Origin: Atractiella rhizophila
Taxonomy: Eukaryota
Direction of reading: 5' to 3'
Assembly (NCBI GenBank): GCA_021432655.1
Contig: MU271448.1
Location: 1-63,632 of the forward strand
DNA length: 63,632 bases
In this document: in pieces, positions 49,201 to 61,736 of the stretch
Layout: each line of letters opens with the position of its first letter
Numbering within the stretch: the stretch's first letter is position 1
Position numbers and translations under genes: made by a program
The notes under the pieces: model-generated
Seen by the model: only the letters and a program-made list of their open reading frames with translations
Told to the model about the DNA's origin: nothing
The model's database searches: none

Positions 49201-52200
49201 TCTGTACTCCCGAGCTGGAGACAGAGCTTCTCAACGAGGATGGTTCGCCTAACCGAATAATAAAATCGTGGATGATCCCCTTCGCGAGACTTTGGACGCT
49301 GGGGCGTTCCTGATGATGACATCCGAGAAGCGACGTGATGTATTTTGGGGCGAAACGCCAATCAACGATGCCTGAGATTTGGGGATTGGCATATTCCCGC
49401 TAAACATTTTATGCGATGCTGACATACCTAAATTGCAGAACAGCTTCGATCCAAGGACATATAACGCGCCTTTCATTCGGTCGTGATCATTCCCAGGCTT
49501 CAAGGCGTCAAACAATGTGTCATAAAGGAGTGCTCGAGAGCCATCGTAATAAATAGTGACTGAATCTAAAGCACGCTGGCTTGACAGCCGAACCTTCAGG
49601 TAAGGACTGAGAGACAGTTCCCCCAGATCCAAGATGAGCTGGTCTTCAAGCTGCGAGCGAGGACGCGCCAGGGAATAGATACGTTGCCTCGCTGAATGGT
49701 AATAAAGTGCTCGGCGGACTATAATAGCTTCAGGTGGTTGCGTATGTAGTGAGAAAGAGCGCACTCCAAACGGCCCTTGGGTAGAGTTGCTGCCCCTTCC
49801 AATTCTTGCACAAGTTCTTCGTGAAGTCGAAATACCGTTGCATGTGTCCATACGTGCTCCGATCGCAAGGATAGTCGATAAGGATCGATTTGATGGAGGA
49901 AATAAGAAGTCGAACACAGTCAATGGAATCCTCAACGCCGTGAGACTTGAAGGCATCTATAGCATTGTGCAACGTCTCCCCATATCGTTCTCGTAGCTTG
50001 AGCATATATGTGTGTCTCGGATCGGAAGGATCAGTGATGTTAATTCCGCACGCAAAAGCTGGGACGCGTTCCACGAACTCTGGTTCTTGCAACCTGTTCA
50101 ATTCGCCATCAGAAGGGTAAATGCCCAGCAGTAGGACTAACCACATGTCTGTTACACCTTTCCCAAGTTTCTTTGGGAGTCCCAAATCTACCAGGTCACT
50201 AGACGCTTGGAAAGCATTCTTCACAATGGTCAAATATCGACAGAAATCGTTAGCGAACACCTTGAAGTCATCTTTAGCGAGACTGTTTTCCCTGCGTAGC
50301 AAGTCTTCCAGGTTCTTCAGGGCTGGTTCAATGATGGTTTTGAACAAATCGATGACAGCATTGATCTCGTCTTGACTGGCGACATGCCACTCGATCTGCG
50401 AACTGAGGGTTATTCAACAAACCGAGCAACAATACAGTCACGCACCTTGACGTCCTGCACTTTATATGTCTTCCCCCACATTTCATGATGCTTCTTTGCA
50501 AAATCTTCCACGTCAATTTAGCTTGCGTCTCCCACAAGAAGAAAAGACCTACGTGACGAATTCCATTCTTCACTGTTGACGAAACGATAATCGTGTGGCC
50601 AAATATGAGTCCAAGCGACTATGAGATTTGAAATGAACCGTCCGTTGTAAGAAAAGGCCCTCTCCGTCATGGACTTCTCTACGGTGAGTCTCAGAAGGTT
50701 GAAAATGTCTTGCTTGTATTTAAGCATCTATCCCTGTGGATCAATGTGATGACCTTCCAACGTGTGCAGGACCTACGTGCACTCCGCCATGATGAATAGA
50801 TCCGACCATTAGACCCGAGTAGTAGGAAAGTGTGACATCGGAATCAAGCACAGAGTTGGGTGAAGTCGTTCTTGTGGAAGCAGCACCCTATGCGTTCTTT
50901 AACTGATTGCTAGGTGGCGCAAGATGAGACTTACATGTTCCAGCTCTTCCTTGATCTTCCTCATGCATAGAGGCAAGAATCTGGCCAGGGTCTTCTCTGG
51001 GGAGGCTCGAGCAAAACAAGTGACGAAGTCTCCCACAGCTTTCGCAGAGTTAGAGCGTACAGATGTCGCGCACTGCCTCAACATGCGTCAGCTCACCGTT
51101 TCAAAAGGAGACAAGGTGGAGAGAATAAGGAGAGGCCTTACATGCTCATAGAAGATGTCGAGGGCGAGGTCAAAGAGCTCTGGACTGAGGTGATTGCAGA
51201 CCGCATCCATCGCAGCAATCATTGTGTGTATCATCTTCTCTTCGCTCTTTCCTCCTAACCTGCTGAACCGTCCCGGCTCAGGCAGATTCGATACCAAGTT
51301 TAGGCATTGTCTGACGAACTTGTCGACCCATTCTGGAAATCCAGCTGTGGAGACTCGAACCGCTGCATTTTCCTGTGCCTTCGTAAGGTGCACCTCTCCT
51401 ACATCCCCATTTACGGTGAGAGCAGGTGTGCTCATTCCTTCTTCCACACCGTCCATGATACCCACTCCACCAGAACCACCACCATCGATCATCACATTCC
51501 CGCTCTCTCCTTCACCTTCCAAACGTGTAAGATCCTCAATCTTCATCGTCCCACATGCCTGCAGGATGAACATGCATGTCTGGACCGTCTTATTGGGGTC
51601 GTTGACATCCAATCCAGGAATGCAAAGCTCAAGGAGGGGAACGATATGCTTCGCGCCGGCTGGGTACGCTTCTCGGGAAACAAGAGGTTGGGAGACGCTA
51701 GCGAGAGCTGTGAGACAAGCCGACGTTCGATTTGTCTCTACTAAATTCTCCAGCGCAGGATATGCACGTTCGAGGATGGCAGGAAAGATAAGATCTGGTT
51801 CCAGAAGAGCCATATTCTTCAATGCCGCCATACCAGCGAGCGACGAAAGTCCGTCCTTAAAACCCAGAGTCTTCAGCAAATACTCTTTTCGTAGCGGAAT
51901 AGAGAAAGGTGCAGAAGATAAAATGTGGAACACAAACCTTGGAGAACATGCTCAGCAGGGCAACCGTTCTCATCGTGAGGACAAATTCCCTCTTGATCTC
52001 CTTTGTTATCCTCCTCCCTGTAGGCGTCTTACACTTAGGACGTTGCTCTTCCATCCACCTCCTATAGAAAGTGCTCGTCACCATCTGTAAGAACCTAGTT
52101 AAGGTTCTTGTCCAATCCCCATAATTGCTAGGATGATAAAAGGACTCTAGCGCCTGCACGAGCTTATTTAGAGAATCGAGAGCGCGCGATCCGCCAACAT

Positions 52201-53957
52201 AAGACTTCTTCGGCTTCTTCCTGTCTCTTTCCTTCCCACTCCCAGCCAGTGCAGCAACCAACAAATTGCCTCCCACACCACCATTCGTCGCTGTTCCAGC
52301 ACTGCTGGTGTTCGTTCTCGACAACCTCGGTGTCCCCACTCCAGTGGCAGGCGTGAGAACTCCCTTCTCGATCGACGCGGATGCAGCGACGGAGTCCACA
52401 GACATGGAGTAGACGAGGATGGTCGAAAAGGATTGTATCTTGTCCGTAGGTTTCTTCATGAGAAGAGAGGTACCATTTGCCTTCTGGTCGGAGAAATGAT
52501 CATTGGTGGCGACGTTGACAATGTTGCCCTACAAACAAGGTGGTATTAGATGGCGATTGGACCGCGAAAGCAAGATACAGAGAGAGAGAGGACATAAAAG
52601 AATTACGCACCCGCCCGGTCCCAATCGGCACACCCATCCCTCTCAATAACTTCGTACAAATAAATTCCCACTGTTCCTCACTGAAGATCCCAACATCCTT
52701 CCAGCCTTCCCCATCCTTCCCTTCCCTCTTAACACCATATTCCTCTCTCAACTTCTCCCACTCCTCCACCTTCCCACTCTCCTCCGCCTCATTCTTCGCC
52801 ACTCTCTCCCCAGCTCTCGCACAAAGGTCCAACCACTGTTCGTCCCAAATTCTCGTATTGAACGCCTCCCACAACCTAAACACCACCGGGAGGACCAACT
52901 CGATTGCGTTTCGCTCGCTCATAGGAAGGAAATGGACGAGGAAAGCTTGTGTGGAGATGAGCGAGTTGAGATGGTTCCCTTCCAGTTTGGGAAGAAACGT
53001 GCTCAGGATCTCCTTCACTGTGTTGGGTGTGACGGGAAAGAAACGTTGTGCATGTTCGCAGAGGAGGAGGAGGGAGGCGGAGATTGTCGTGTGGTCTGTC
53101 TTTCGGTTCTTGGGGAACAGTTCGAGTGATAGGATGTCGTACAACGGCTTCCAAGGTAACGTCAGGTCCTTGCGTTCCAGACGCTTCTTCGATCTATATT
53201 CCACATTAATGAAAATGACGTGGGAGATACAGGGCAGCCACTTACTCCACCAGACTGATAAACATGTTCACTGCTCCATCAATCAAACGGGGATCCATAC
53301 CGGGTAATACGCAGACCTCGTAGTACAAAGCGGCGAGGCGAGTGCGCAGGGGAAGTGGTAGTGGGTATTTCATCCCCATCCAGCTGTTTCACCGTACCAA
53401 GCGTTAGCCTTGTGCACTTCAGAAAAGAAGGTTAGAAAAGACAATGGTCACGAACACCTCTCCTGCTCGTCGTGTGACATCGCTCTTGGGCGAGACTCTT
53501 CTCTTTTCTTGCATCACAGCACAAACAAACCAAAAGCGATGCGAATAAAGTATTAAACGCACCAATCAAGCCTATAGTTCCACCCCGTCCATCCTACTTC
53601 CCATTCTCTCGCTCTCACACACTCCACCAATCTCCTAACGATGAGCTCCAGCCTCGTATCCATCTCTTCCAAACTCTCGCAAGCATAAGGGAGCTGATCA
53701 GAGTACTCCAGCCTCTTCTCGCGCGGCAGGGTTGAGCTATCATCGTGCTGTGGTGGTGGAGGAGCGGAAGGTGAGCCTGGAGTGGAGAGGAGGTCGATTG
53801 GGGGGTCCACTTTGCGAATGTATTAGCAGAAGTACATGCCACAGCAATATAAAAAGCAGTACAAGAGAAACTGATACTTACTAGGAGAATCAACTTGAAG
53901 GATATCCTCAACTCCCTCTTCACCATCTAACATCATTTCATCCCCCGCGTCTGCCAT
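46208..53957 (-). CDS. BLM10: Proteasome activator Blm10/PA200, many exons
   Basis: LPYACESLEEM, DLTLPWKPLY, LCEHAQRFF, ESFYHPSNYGDW, ALENLVETNRT, PGLDVNDPNKT, RDPRRNLPLI, and the C-terminal AFPYEVPPWMP...FKKSHQDSW...GGTFYA* with an HbYX-type end. Confidence 0.95.
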
Positions 53958-54142
53958 TTCGTTAATTTAATTCGAATGTAATTGCGTTACCAGGTATTGA
54001 TGTAGGTAGCTGAGTGTTGTGGGGACGGAATGATGAAGAAGAGCTTTTATGCTACGCAAAAGAGTCGTAAGTCGTGCAGCGACGCGTAAGGTGAATGCGT
54101 GAACAAGGACATAGGGTTAGGGTTGTGTAATGATCTCATCAG

Positions 54143-54193
54143 CCAGCCAATGTGGACCAGCCAATGTGGTTGGAGGTAAATGGTTGGAGGTAA
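54143..54193 (+). repeat. Two overlapping 14-bp-period tandem duplications upstream of BLM10
   Basis: CCAGCCAATGTGG at 54143 and 54157; TGGTTGGAGGTAA at 54167 and 54181. Confidence 0.8.
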
Positions 54194-54666
54194 TATGCGA
54201 GCTGGCCGCTGGGACATCGTTTATTTGCAAGCTTTGCAGGATGGATGGAGGCTATGGGCTTGCGAAATATGATTTTTGACAGCCCTGTCAGACCACGCCT
54301 CAGGAACTTTCGCTAATCTTTCTAGTCAGACCTCTATTCTAGCCCATGACATCGGAGAGCCAATTTTACCAGTGTACTTGTCAAATGGAAGAGATTGTCT
54401 TGAATTGATGTCGATCATGAAGTAGAATGAGGTCTTTGATACATTGTGGTAGGAGCAGACTCTGATCCAAACCTTTGCTGCCATGAAATAACACATCACT
54501 AGAAAGCAGAAGAGAAAGGAAAGGCAGAGTAATTCAGTCTGCAATCAATGCCACATTCTGGTTAGCTCTCTGTCTGGATGTTTCAACATGCATCTGTCTA
54601 TATAAACCAATCACCTTCTCCTTGTAAGTATCACAACGTGAGTTGAGGTAAGGCAAACATACACTG

Positions 54667-56593
54667 CTAGAACATCATGTTCTCTTCCTCATGGCCGCCT
54701 CCTTCTTTGATATGCAAATACTGTTCCTCATCTAGGTTCAGCTGAATGTGTTCTTGGAATTTTAAGATCTCTCCCCAAGCAGCATCGTTCCACTCCCCAT
54801 AGAAGCATACGATGTGGAGCCTGCTGAACTCGGCTTGACTACAAATATAATCCATAAACCCACAGATGTCAGTGGAATCGAGAGAGCAGTACCACAACTT
54901 TGCATGCACAAGTGGGGGATGGGGGTTGCTGTGGCAAAGTTGTGTAAAGAGGTCCAAAGGAAAAAGACAGTTCTGGTCATGACCACCGTCCACATCAATG
55001 GTCTTGGTAAGTATTAGGCATTCTAAGGTCAGAGGTTCATCCCACATAACCTCGGATGTACCATTAATTGACCAGTCGACAATGCCAGATCGGAACGAAA
55101 CTACGTTATGGAAAACAGAACGAGCATTCCTGCTAATAAACATGACAAGCCAAGGAAAAACAAGAGGTGGCACACTTCCGTCCTGTCGGGTATCGAATGA
55201 AATCGATGGAAGCGTGTCAACTAGATAAATGCCCTCGATAGTCTGCGTCGAAGCTGTGTGTCTGAGAAATTGAGCTATATTATCCTCTTCCCACGCGTCA
55301 AAAGTAAGACGCTCCAGGCAGTTCAAATTCGCAAAACTCTGGAAGTCCAATTGGTCTCGAGTTGATAGGGGATGCCATAACCAGAGGGAATGCAGATAGG
55401 AGAAGGATTGGTGTCTTTCTAGGACACTGCCCACAGTTGCGAAATGAAGACCCAAGTTGAAATCTTTTGGCATGGAAGAAAGGAATTTCCAATTTGGGCG
55501 ATAGCCAGGAAGCTCTTCAATTCAATTTCACGCAGTTTCAGGTAGCTGTATTGAGGATCTGGACCCATTAGCCTTGCACGTAGAATACCAGCAGTCCATC
55601 GCCTACACAACAGGAGAGCATTTGATTTCAAAATTTCCGTTCGATTCTCCTCACTTTTACCTATGCTGAAATCATGCAGAAATCGATAAATGATTTCCAG
55701 AACTTCCGGAGGTAAGTGTTCAAAGATGGAGAGAGGAGATGCAACGGCAAAAGCAAGGTTGAGAAATCTATGAAGTAGATGGCTGTGCGAAATGCTGTGT
55801 CCAACCCGTTTTAGTTAGATCAAATCTAACCATTCCCATTCCCTCAAAGCCTTTCAAGCAAAGTCTAAAGTAGTCCCATCCTTTACTATCCGCATAAAGA
55901 TCAAGAGTTCTTCTCAACCAGCCACAAGGAGGAGACTTGAGAACCACAACTTGATGAACATAATCAACACCATCAGGCCAGAATTTGCAGACAAATACGA
56001 AAATGTCATCTTGGGCATGAGTCAACTCGTAGGTGGGCGAAGAGTCGAAGTCGAATCGAACAACATTGTCCTCCCACTCTGGTTCGGTGACTTGACCGTA
56101 TTTACTGAAGAAGAAATGGGCAGATCGAGTGCACATGTTCTCGAGAAATTTCTTGGTGAAAGTAACTTGTAAACTCAGAACTGGGGAAGGAGGTGCGGAG
56201 CGATATTCGCGGCGGAATGTGCTTGAAAAGAGGAGGAGCGGCCGAAACGTAGGCGTTTCTTGTCGCCTTCTCGTAGCCATAAGAATGGTTGTCAGACGGT
56301 CTTTCCAGCGCCTACACACAGATCCACTACCCAAAATGATCCATCCTAGCCATTTAAATTCCTGCGACCGTCGATAGGATCCCAAAGTTGCCCTTCCTCC
56401 CTCCGCAGGGACGTTTGTCCAAGATGGACACTGGCAATCTTGTGATCGGTCCAAGAATTCGCCTGATGCGTTCATCCCAGAGTTTACACACGCCGCGCAG
56501 AACGAGAGCGTTGTGATGGCCATCGGCAGCCAGGCGGATGAATATTGATTCTAATAAATCTGAAGAGAGATATGAAATAGGTGAAGGGACCAT
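54667..56593 (-). pseudogene. Frameshifted multi-F-box gene, paralog of 21225-22946
   Basis: F-box-like motifs PISYLSSDLLESIF...RGVCKLWD, PITRLPVSILD...SVCRRWKD and SIFEHLPPEVLEIIY...LCRRWT. C-terminal VDGGHD/YCSL/GEWND/EGG. Frame breaks near 56400, 55790 and 55480; the one near 55790 was tested and is not repaired by nearby splice sites. Confidence 0.65.
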
Positions 56594-56962
56594 GGTATGA
56601 GAGAGTGAGCAACAACTTGAAAGCGTGATGATATGTCTGTCCTGGTCTCCTGGTCTGCTTCCTCGCGAAGCTCAAGGAGCTCTGTCCGGACGCCTCGATC
56701 AAGAACAATGTGAACCAATCCTTGTGCGTATTCCCGCATTATTCAGTAACAAAGCTAGTTTCGTGTCTGTGAATGATATCACATGTATTCTTTGTTTGCA
56801 AGGATCTGCAAAAGCAATAAAAACGTGTAGTGGCTTCACTAGAATATTCATCCCGCTTCCAGAAATCACAGGGTATCAAGACAACGATGCTGTCTACAAT
56901 ATCTTCTCCCAAAATGGAAGTGGTACAATCCGAGTTGAAACAAAGAAACCAACGGAGACGAT

Positions 56963-57817
56963 TCAATCTCTACAGACCTCCCCGAGCCTTCCACCAGGAT
57001 GGAGCTCTCCAAACTTCCTGCGTCCCGCCGCCCCATCCGCTCCCTCTCTCTCCCTCAAAACAGTCAAAGCGATCGCATCCACGAGAGCTCCCATACAAAG
57101 CATACTAGCCGTCGGAGCGGGAACCTCTTCATCCGCCTCTTCAGGAGGGATGGTAAGTACGACGTCGCTGTTTTGAGCGAGGATGGAGCGTGGAGAGGAC
57201 GTGATGAGCACTTTTTGTATCGATGGCGGAACGTAAGGGAGGAAGGAGAGGAGTTCTCGTGTCGTTCCAGAGTGTGAGAAGAGGAGGAGCACGTCGTGTG
57301 AGCTTAGGAGACCGAGGTCGCCGTGCATTGCTTCTGTCGGATGGAGCGTGACTGAGGGTACGCCTTGAACAAATACGAATGTATTAACCTTTGATTTATG
57401 ATCGCTTACAGTACCGGTAAACGAAAGAACCAGAGACACACCAAAGCTGCATAGTATTCCTGCCGCCTTCCGTGCAACAATCAAACTCTTCCCAACTCCA
57501 GTGCACACCACTTTCGCACCCATTCCTCCCCTTCCCACTGACGATATCCGCCGAACAACATCAACAAAAGCTTTTCCTTGCTCTGACTCTTCGTCTGACA
57601 ACGAGTTATGCAGCTTTTGTAATGCTCCAATCTCCCTGGCGAGAATCGAGGATGCATAGGAAAGTGATAGGGAAGACGAAGGGAGATTTGCGGACGATTC
57701 AAGGGAGGTTGGGGAGGACAGAGAGGTACGGGAGGAGGCTCGCGAGGGAGACAAGCTGGATACGGGACTCGTATCGCTGGAAGAGGCAGCCGAAGAGGAG
57801 GAACTGATGGAATCCAT
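56963..57817 (-). CDS. KpsF/GutQ-like SIS-domain sugar-phosphate isomerase without CBS domains; probable in-frame intron ~57366-57440
   Basis: KVVCTGVGKSLIVARK, LHPTEAMHGDLG, FSHSGTTRELL, EEAD...APTAS, DAIAL and F..LHPGGRLG. Confidence 0.85.
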   Translation of the reverse strand: MDSISSSSSAASSSDTSPVSSLSPSRASSRTSLSSPTSLESSANLPSSSLSLSYASSILAREIGALQKLHNSLSDEESEQGKAFVDVVRRISSVGRGGMGAKVVCTGVGKSLIVARKAAGILCSFGVSLVLSFTGTVSDHKSKVNTFVFVQGVPSVTLHPTEAMHGDLGLLSSHDVLLLFSHSGTTRELLSFLPYVPPSIQKVLITSSPRSILAQNSDVVLTIPPEEADEEVPAPTASMLCMGALVDAIALTVLREREGADGAAGRRKFGELHPGGRLGEVCRD

Positions 57818-59804
57818 CGTTGGAGACTGCTATCGAAATCGAGTCGACTTGAAGATGTTGGACGTTGGACGGGAAATGGGAAAAGTGTTGATATAGAATA
57901 GGATGGCGTAAGCCTCACCAGCGATCGCGATAGTAATCAGCGTCGAGCGTACTTAGGTGGAGCGGATGAGACGGATTTCGATTCGACATCGGTGGCAACG
58001 CAATCGATAAAGCTGAAATGATAACCACGTGGCGTCGACAGAGCTTGTTACAAAGAAGAAACAATGCCATTTGATGTGAGCTGCATTAATTGAACACGAA
58101 TGTTGCATGAATGTTCAGTATACTTACGATATGATTGCCTGCATAATTTAGCCTTTCTTCGTGGGGTCACTTTGAAGGTAGTTTTGCCAAGGTGTGTGAG
58201 GGTAGCATCATGAGGTAGCCGTCAACCTACCGCCAAGTCAAATTCTCTGAACTCTATCTCAACCTACCTCCAACCCAAATTCTCACCTCCTCGTCTCGCT
58301 CCTATACAGGCGAGTCCACTCCGAGCTTCATCCCTTCCATCTTCTCCAAGAAGACTCATTGCATTTGGATGAGATGAGCACGTGATCCACAGAACAATGT
58401 GCGAAGAACAAGTAACAGAACAAACAGACAAACAAATAAAGTGTTATGTCAAGTGGAACTACGAACGACGAGAAGCAACATGCATCATTGTGAAGAGAAG
58501 CCTATACAGCTCTAGTGAAGTTGGGGATGAAGCGGGGGATGGAGTGTTTGTGCTCCTCGAGCCCAGGGAGGCACAGTGTCCGGTGGAGCCTGTGAGAGCG
58601 GTTAGGTGTCAGACTGGCGGCTGATGACTTTATATCATTTGCGTTCGTATTCTGTTCTTCATTGAGGGTGCAATGATTTGCTTCCATCTTCATGCTACTC
58701 CTCTCCTGAGCATTTTTCTGAGAAATATCACGAGTTGACCAAGGTGGACATTAGTTCTAGAAATGAGTGTCAATACTTTGGTGAATTAGATGTCTTAACG
58801 GCCTCAACTGAAGCTCTCGTTCTGCTCATTTATCGTGCACGCCTTAACCTGCACATGCTCAGCTTAACATGTGTGTTTCTGTCCGACTGTGAAGGAAAGG
58901 GAGAATTAGTTTCTCAGCTCTAGCCCATTGCGTTGTAGTCGGAGTGAATGGTTGCATGGTTTGGGTCTCGACGGCCTAACAACGGTATCTCTTCTTTCAA
59001 TTGCGACCTCGAGATCTCTCAGCCTTCACGTTTTTCACCCAGCACACAATGCGTGACTTGGCGGCCAAACTACTAACATTGTTGACCGAATTAGGTTCTT
59101 TTGCAATTGACAAGAGAATAATCCGCAGGTTTTATTGTACCTTGTGTTATTACAGAGGGTTGGGCACAGTATCCGAAGCAAGTGGTCAACCATGAATATT
59201 CCTGTTAGTTCAGTTAAAGGAGAATCATGACGCCTCATCATCCTGAATTGTGGGTGACTGAACAATTTATATCCAGGTTGAAATGAAAATGAAACATGGC
59301 TCAGTTCTTATCCTTCCTTTTTTTGGCATCCATCTTGAAGTTTTTCGACGATAGACTGTCGGAACTATCGATATAGTGAGTCTCAATGTTAGAGCATCCA
59401 GGCTTTCTACTGCCTTTCTCGTTTCACCAACCTCAATACAATCTTGAGGGCGAAGCATTTTTAAAATGCAAACTTCCAGGTTGAACAAACTAACAAGAGA
59501 CCAACAAGGGACAAAGTATCCTGAGACCACGTTGCCCCCACGACCATTGCATACAGACGCTGCAAACATTCCTTGCCTTTGGCAAGGGTGTGTAAGGGCT
59601 CAAGGGAGCACATATTATGAGCCTGCTCTATCTAGATTCAGATTCTTTCCCCCAGGATCGCCACAACTACCTCAGGCAGGATGGAAGACTTCACCCTGGT
59701 ATGCTCTCCTACTCTGAGTCGTCCTGCTCACTTTAGAACAGATTGAAACTGGACCAAGCGGGGAAAATTCTGGCCCTCCTCGGTCAAAGGGAAAGAGACT
59801 TGCC

Positions 59805-61442
59805 ATGTTCCCTCCTCACCCTTCGAGGACTATGCTCCCGAAGAGACGATATAGGAAGTTGCGAGAATCCTCCAATGCGAACCGGAAAACTCGACATCCC
59901 ACGAACCGCGATCGCGATGGATGGGAAGATGTCTCAACCGTTCGTGGTAGTTTCTTTGAGATCATCTTCTTCATCTTCGATAAAATCTTCACACCTTTCG
60001 TCGCCTGCCTACGCTTTATTCTCACCTTCCTTCTCCCAATACTCCCGATTCTTCTGGCGGCTTGTACAATTTGCCTCTTCATCCACGTCGCTTACCAAAT
60101 CGTCATGCACCCTTTTCAGGCGTTGCAATCGATTACTTCAGTCGGGAATTGGGTGGCCGCTTTGAACACCTCCAGCATCGCTACTTCCTTTAGCGCCATT
60201 CGGTGCTCCCTTTACCTCGGTGCTTGCTCTCCAATACCTGCTCTTAGCCAGATTACGAAACTTGCAGCGGAGCATTCACACCAAACTGGCGATCTCTTTC
60301 ATTCCTTCGTCGCGCTCTCGGACCCTCAGAACATGGGTCTACATTCTATTGACATGTGGGAGAATGGGGCTGCTATCAAAGGCACGAGCAACTTCGAAGG
60401 TCATGAGCCCTTGGGAGAAGGAATAATGGAGTTTGGGAATGGGTTGAGAGAAGTGAAAGATACATTGATTGCCATTAACAGTAAAGGCGTCAATTCCTTC
60501 AGCTGGATTATTCAAGAGGTAAGTGCTGTTCCTAATTCCAGGAGGTGGCAATGAAAATTGTGCAGTATCGGCGCATCGAGCTAGTCATCGACCACATCCA
60601 CCAAAAGTCTCTGGATCCTGCGCCGAGTTTTTTCAATCGCGCACTCTCGTCTATCTCTCTTTTTCACTCTCCGGCTCACATGGACCCTCTCCCTTCGCTT
60701 ACTCGAAATATGGAGCTGATGTTTGCAACCGTCGATCGCTCCCTCTCTGAGCTCGTGGACGACATCGACATCGCACTCCCAGTCATCCTCTCTGTAAGCG
60801 AATTGGGGAAGGAACTTGGGCAGGAAATGGCAACTGTGAAAGGATACCTGAGGGACGCTTATGCCAGGGGAGACAAATGGTGGAAAATCAAGACTCAAGA
60901 GCTTATGCGCTTGCAGTGTGTTGTTTTCGTTGCATCTTACCTGGTTTAAAAAAGTGAACAGACGAGAATTCGAACTTGTGAAAGACGCGCTACACGACGT
61001 CGTTATTGCTCTGAGACACCTAGAAACTGTTAGGATGCTCTTGTTGGCAGTAGGCTCCCCCACCACCACCCTTCATTCATGCCGACTTCTAACCGTTTTC
61101 GATAGCATTCAAAGAACACAGATAGCTTTAAAGTGCTTTTCTCGGTACTGAGGAGTCATACTGACAGCATTGGCGCAGCGCGGGCTGGTAGCTTTCCATT
61201 TGGCAGATCACGGTTTACCAACACAAGCAGAACGAGAACTTTTACGCCACAGCATGGTAAGACTTGTTGACCTGACTACTACTGAACAATATCTAAAGTC
61301 TGTGCCGTAGGTGAAGTTTCAGAACGCTCTCGACAAGGTACACGATCCCCAAAGGTTTAGGAGCGAGCTGGGACAGAATCCCGCTCTTGGGCAAAGCGGA
61401 CTTGGGGAAGGCACTAGCAAGGCACTGAGTGTAGGGGGATAA
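59805..61442 (+). CDS. Uncharacterised membrane-anchored helical/coiled-coil protein, ~6 exons
   Basis: N-terminal hydrophobic stretch (FILTFLLPILPILLAACTICLFIHVAY) followed by amphipathic helices. GT-AG introns keep the frame open to TAA at 61440-61442. Confidence 0.7.
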
Positions 61443-61559
61443 ATACTGGCTTTCCCTACTTGACCTTCTAAAACTATGGTCTATGCTATCTCCTATGCTT
61501 CTATTTCTATGCGCTCCAATGTAACGATACAAAACACGCATAACGAGACTATCTTTTGT

Positions 61560-61686
61560 GAAAAAAAACCGCAAAACAAGAAGGGTGCAAGAAGCCCCCC
61601 CAAAAAAGTGAAACAACAAGCCCCAAAAAGACCCCAACAACAACAAAAAAACCTGGTCCCAACCCTGGTCCCCTGGTCCCAAAAGG
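61560..61686 (+). repeat. A/C-rich low-complexity tract ending in CCTGGTCCC x3
   Basis: Runs of A and C with very few T, then three CCTGGTCCC units at ~61652-61680. Confidence 0.7.
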
Positions 61687-61736
61687 CAAATGGCGCATCA
61701 TAAAAGCCACTCATCGCGACTATTCCATCAAGCACC

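Noticed and set aside
54112..54124. TAGGGTTAGGGTT telomere-like sequence (also TTAGGGTTA near 44114)
   Set aside because: Only about two units and internal; not a telomeric array.
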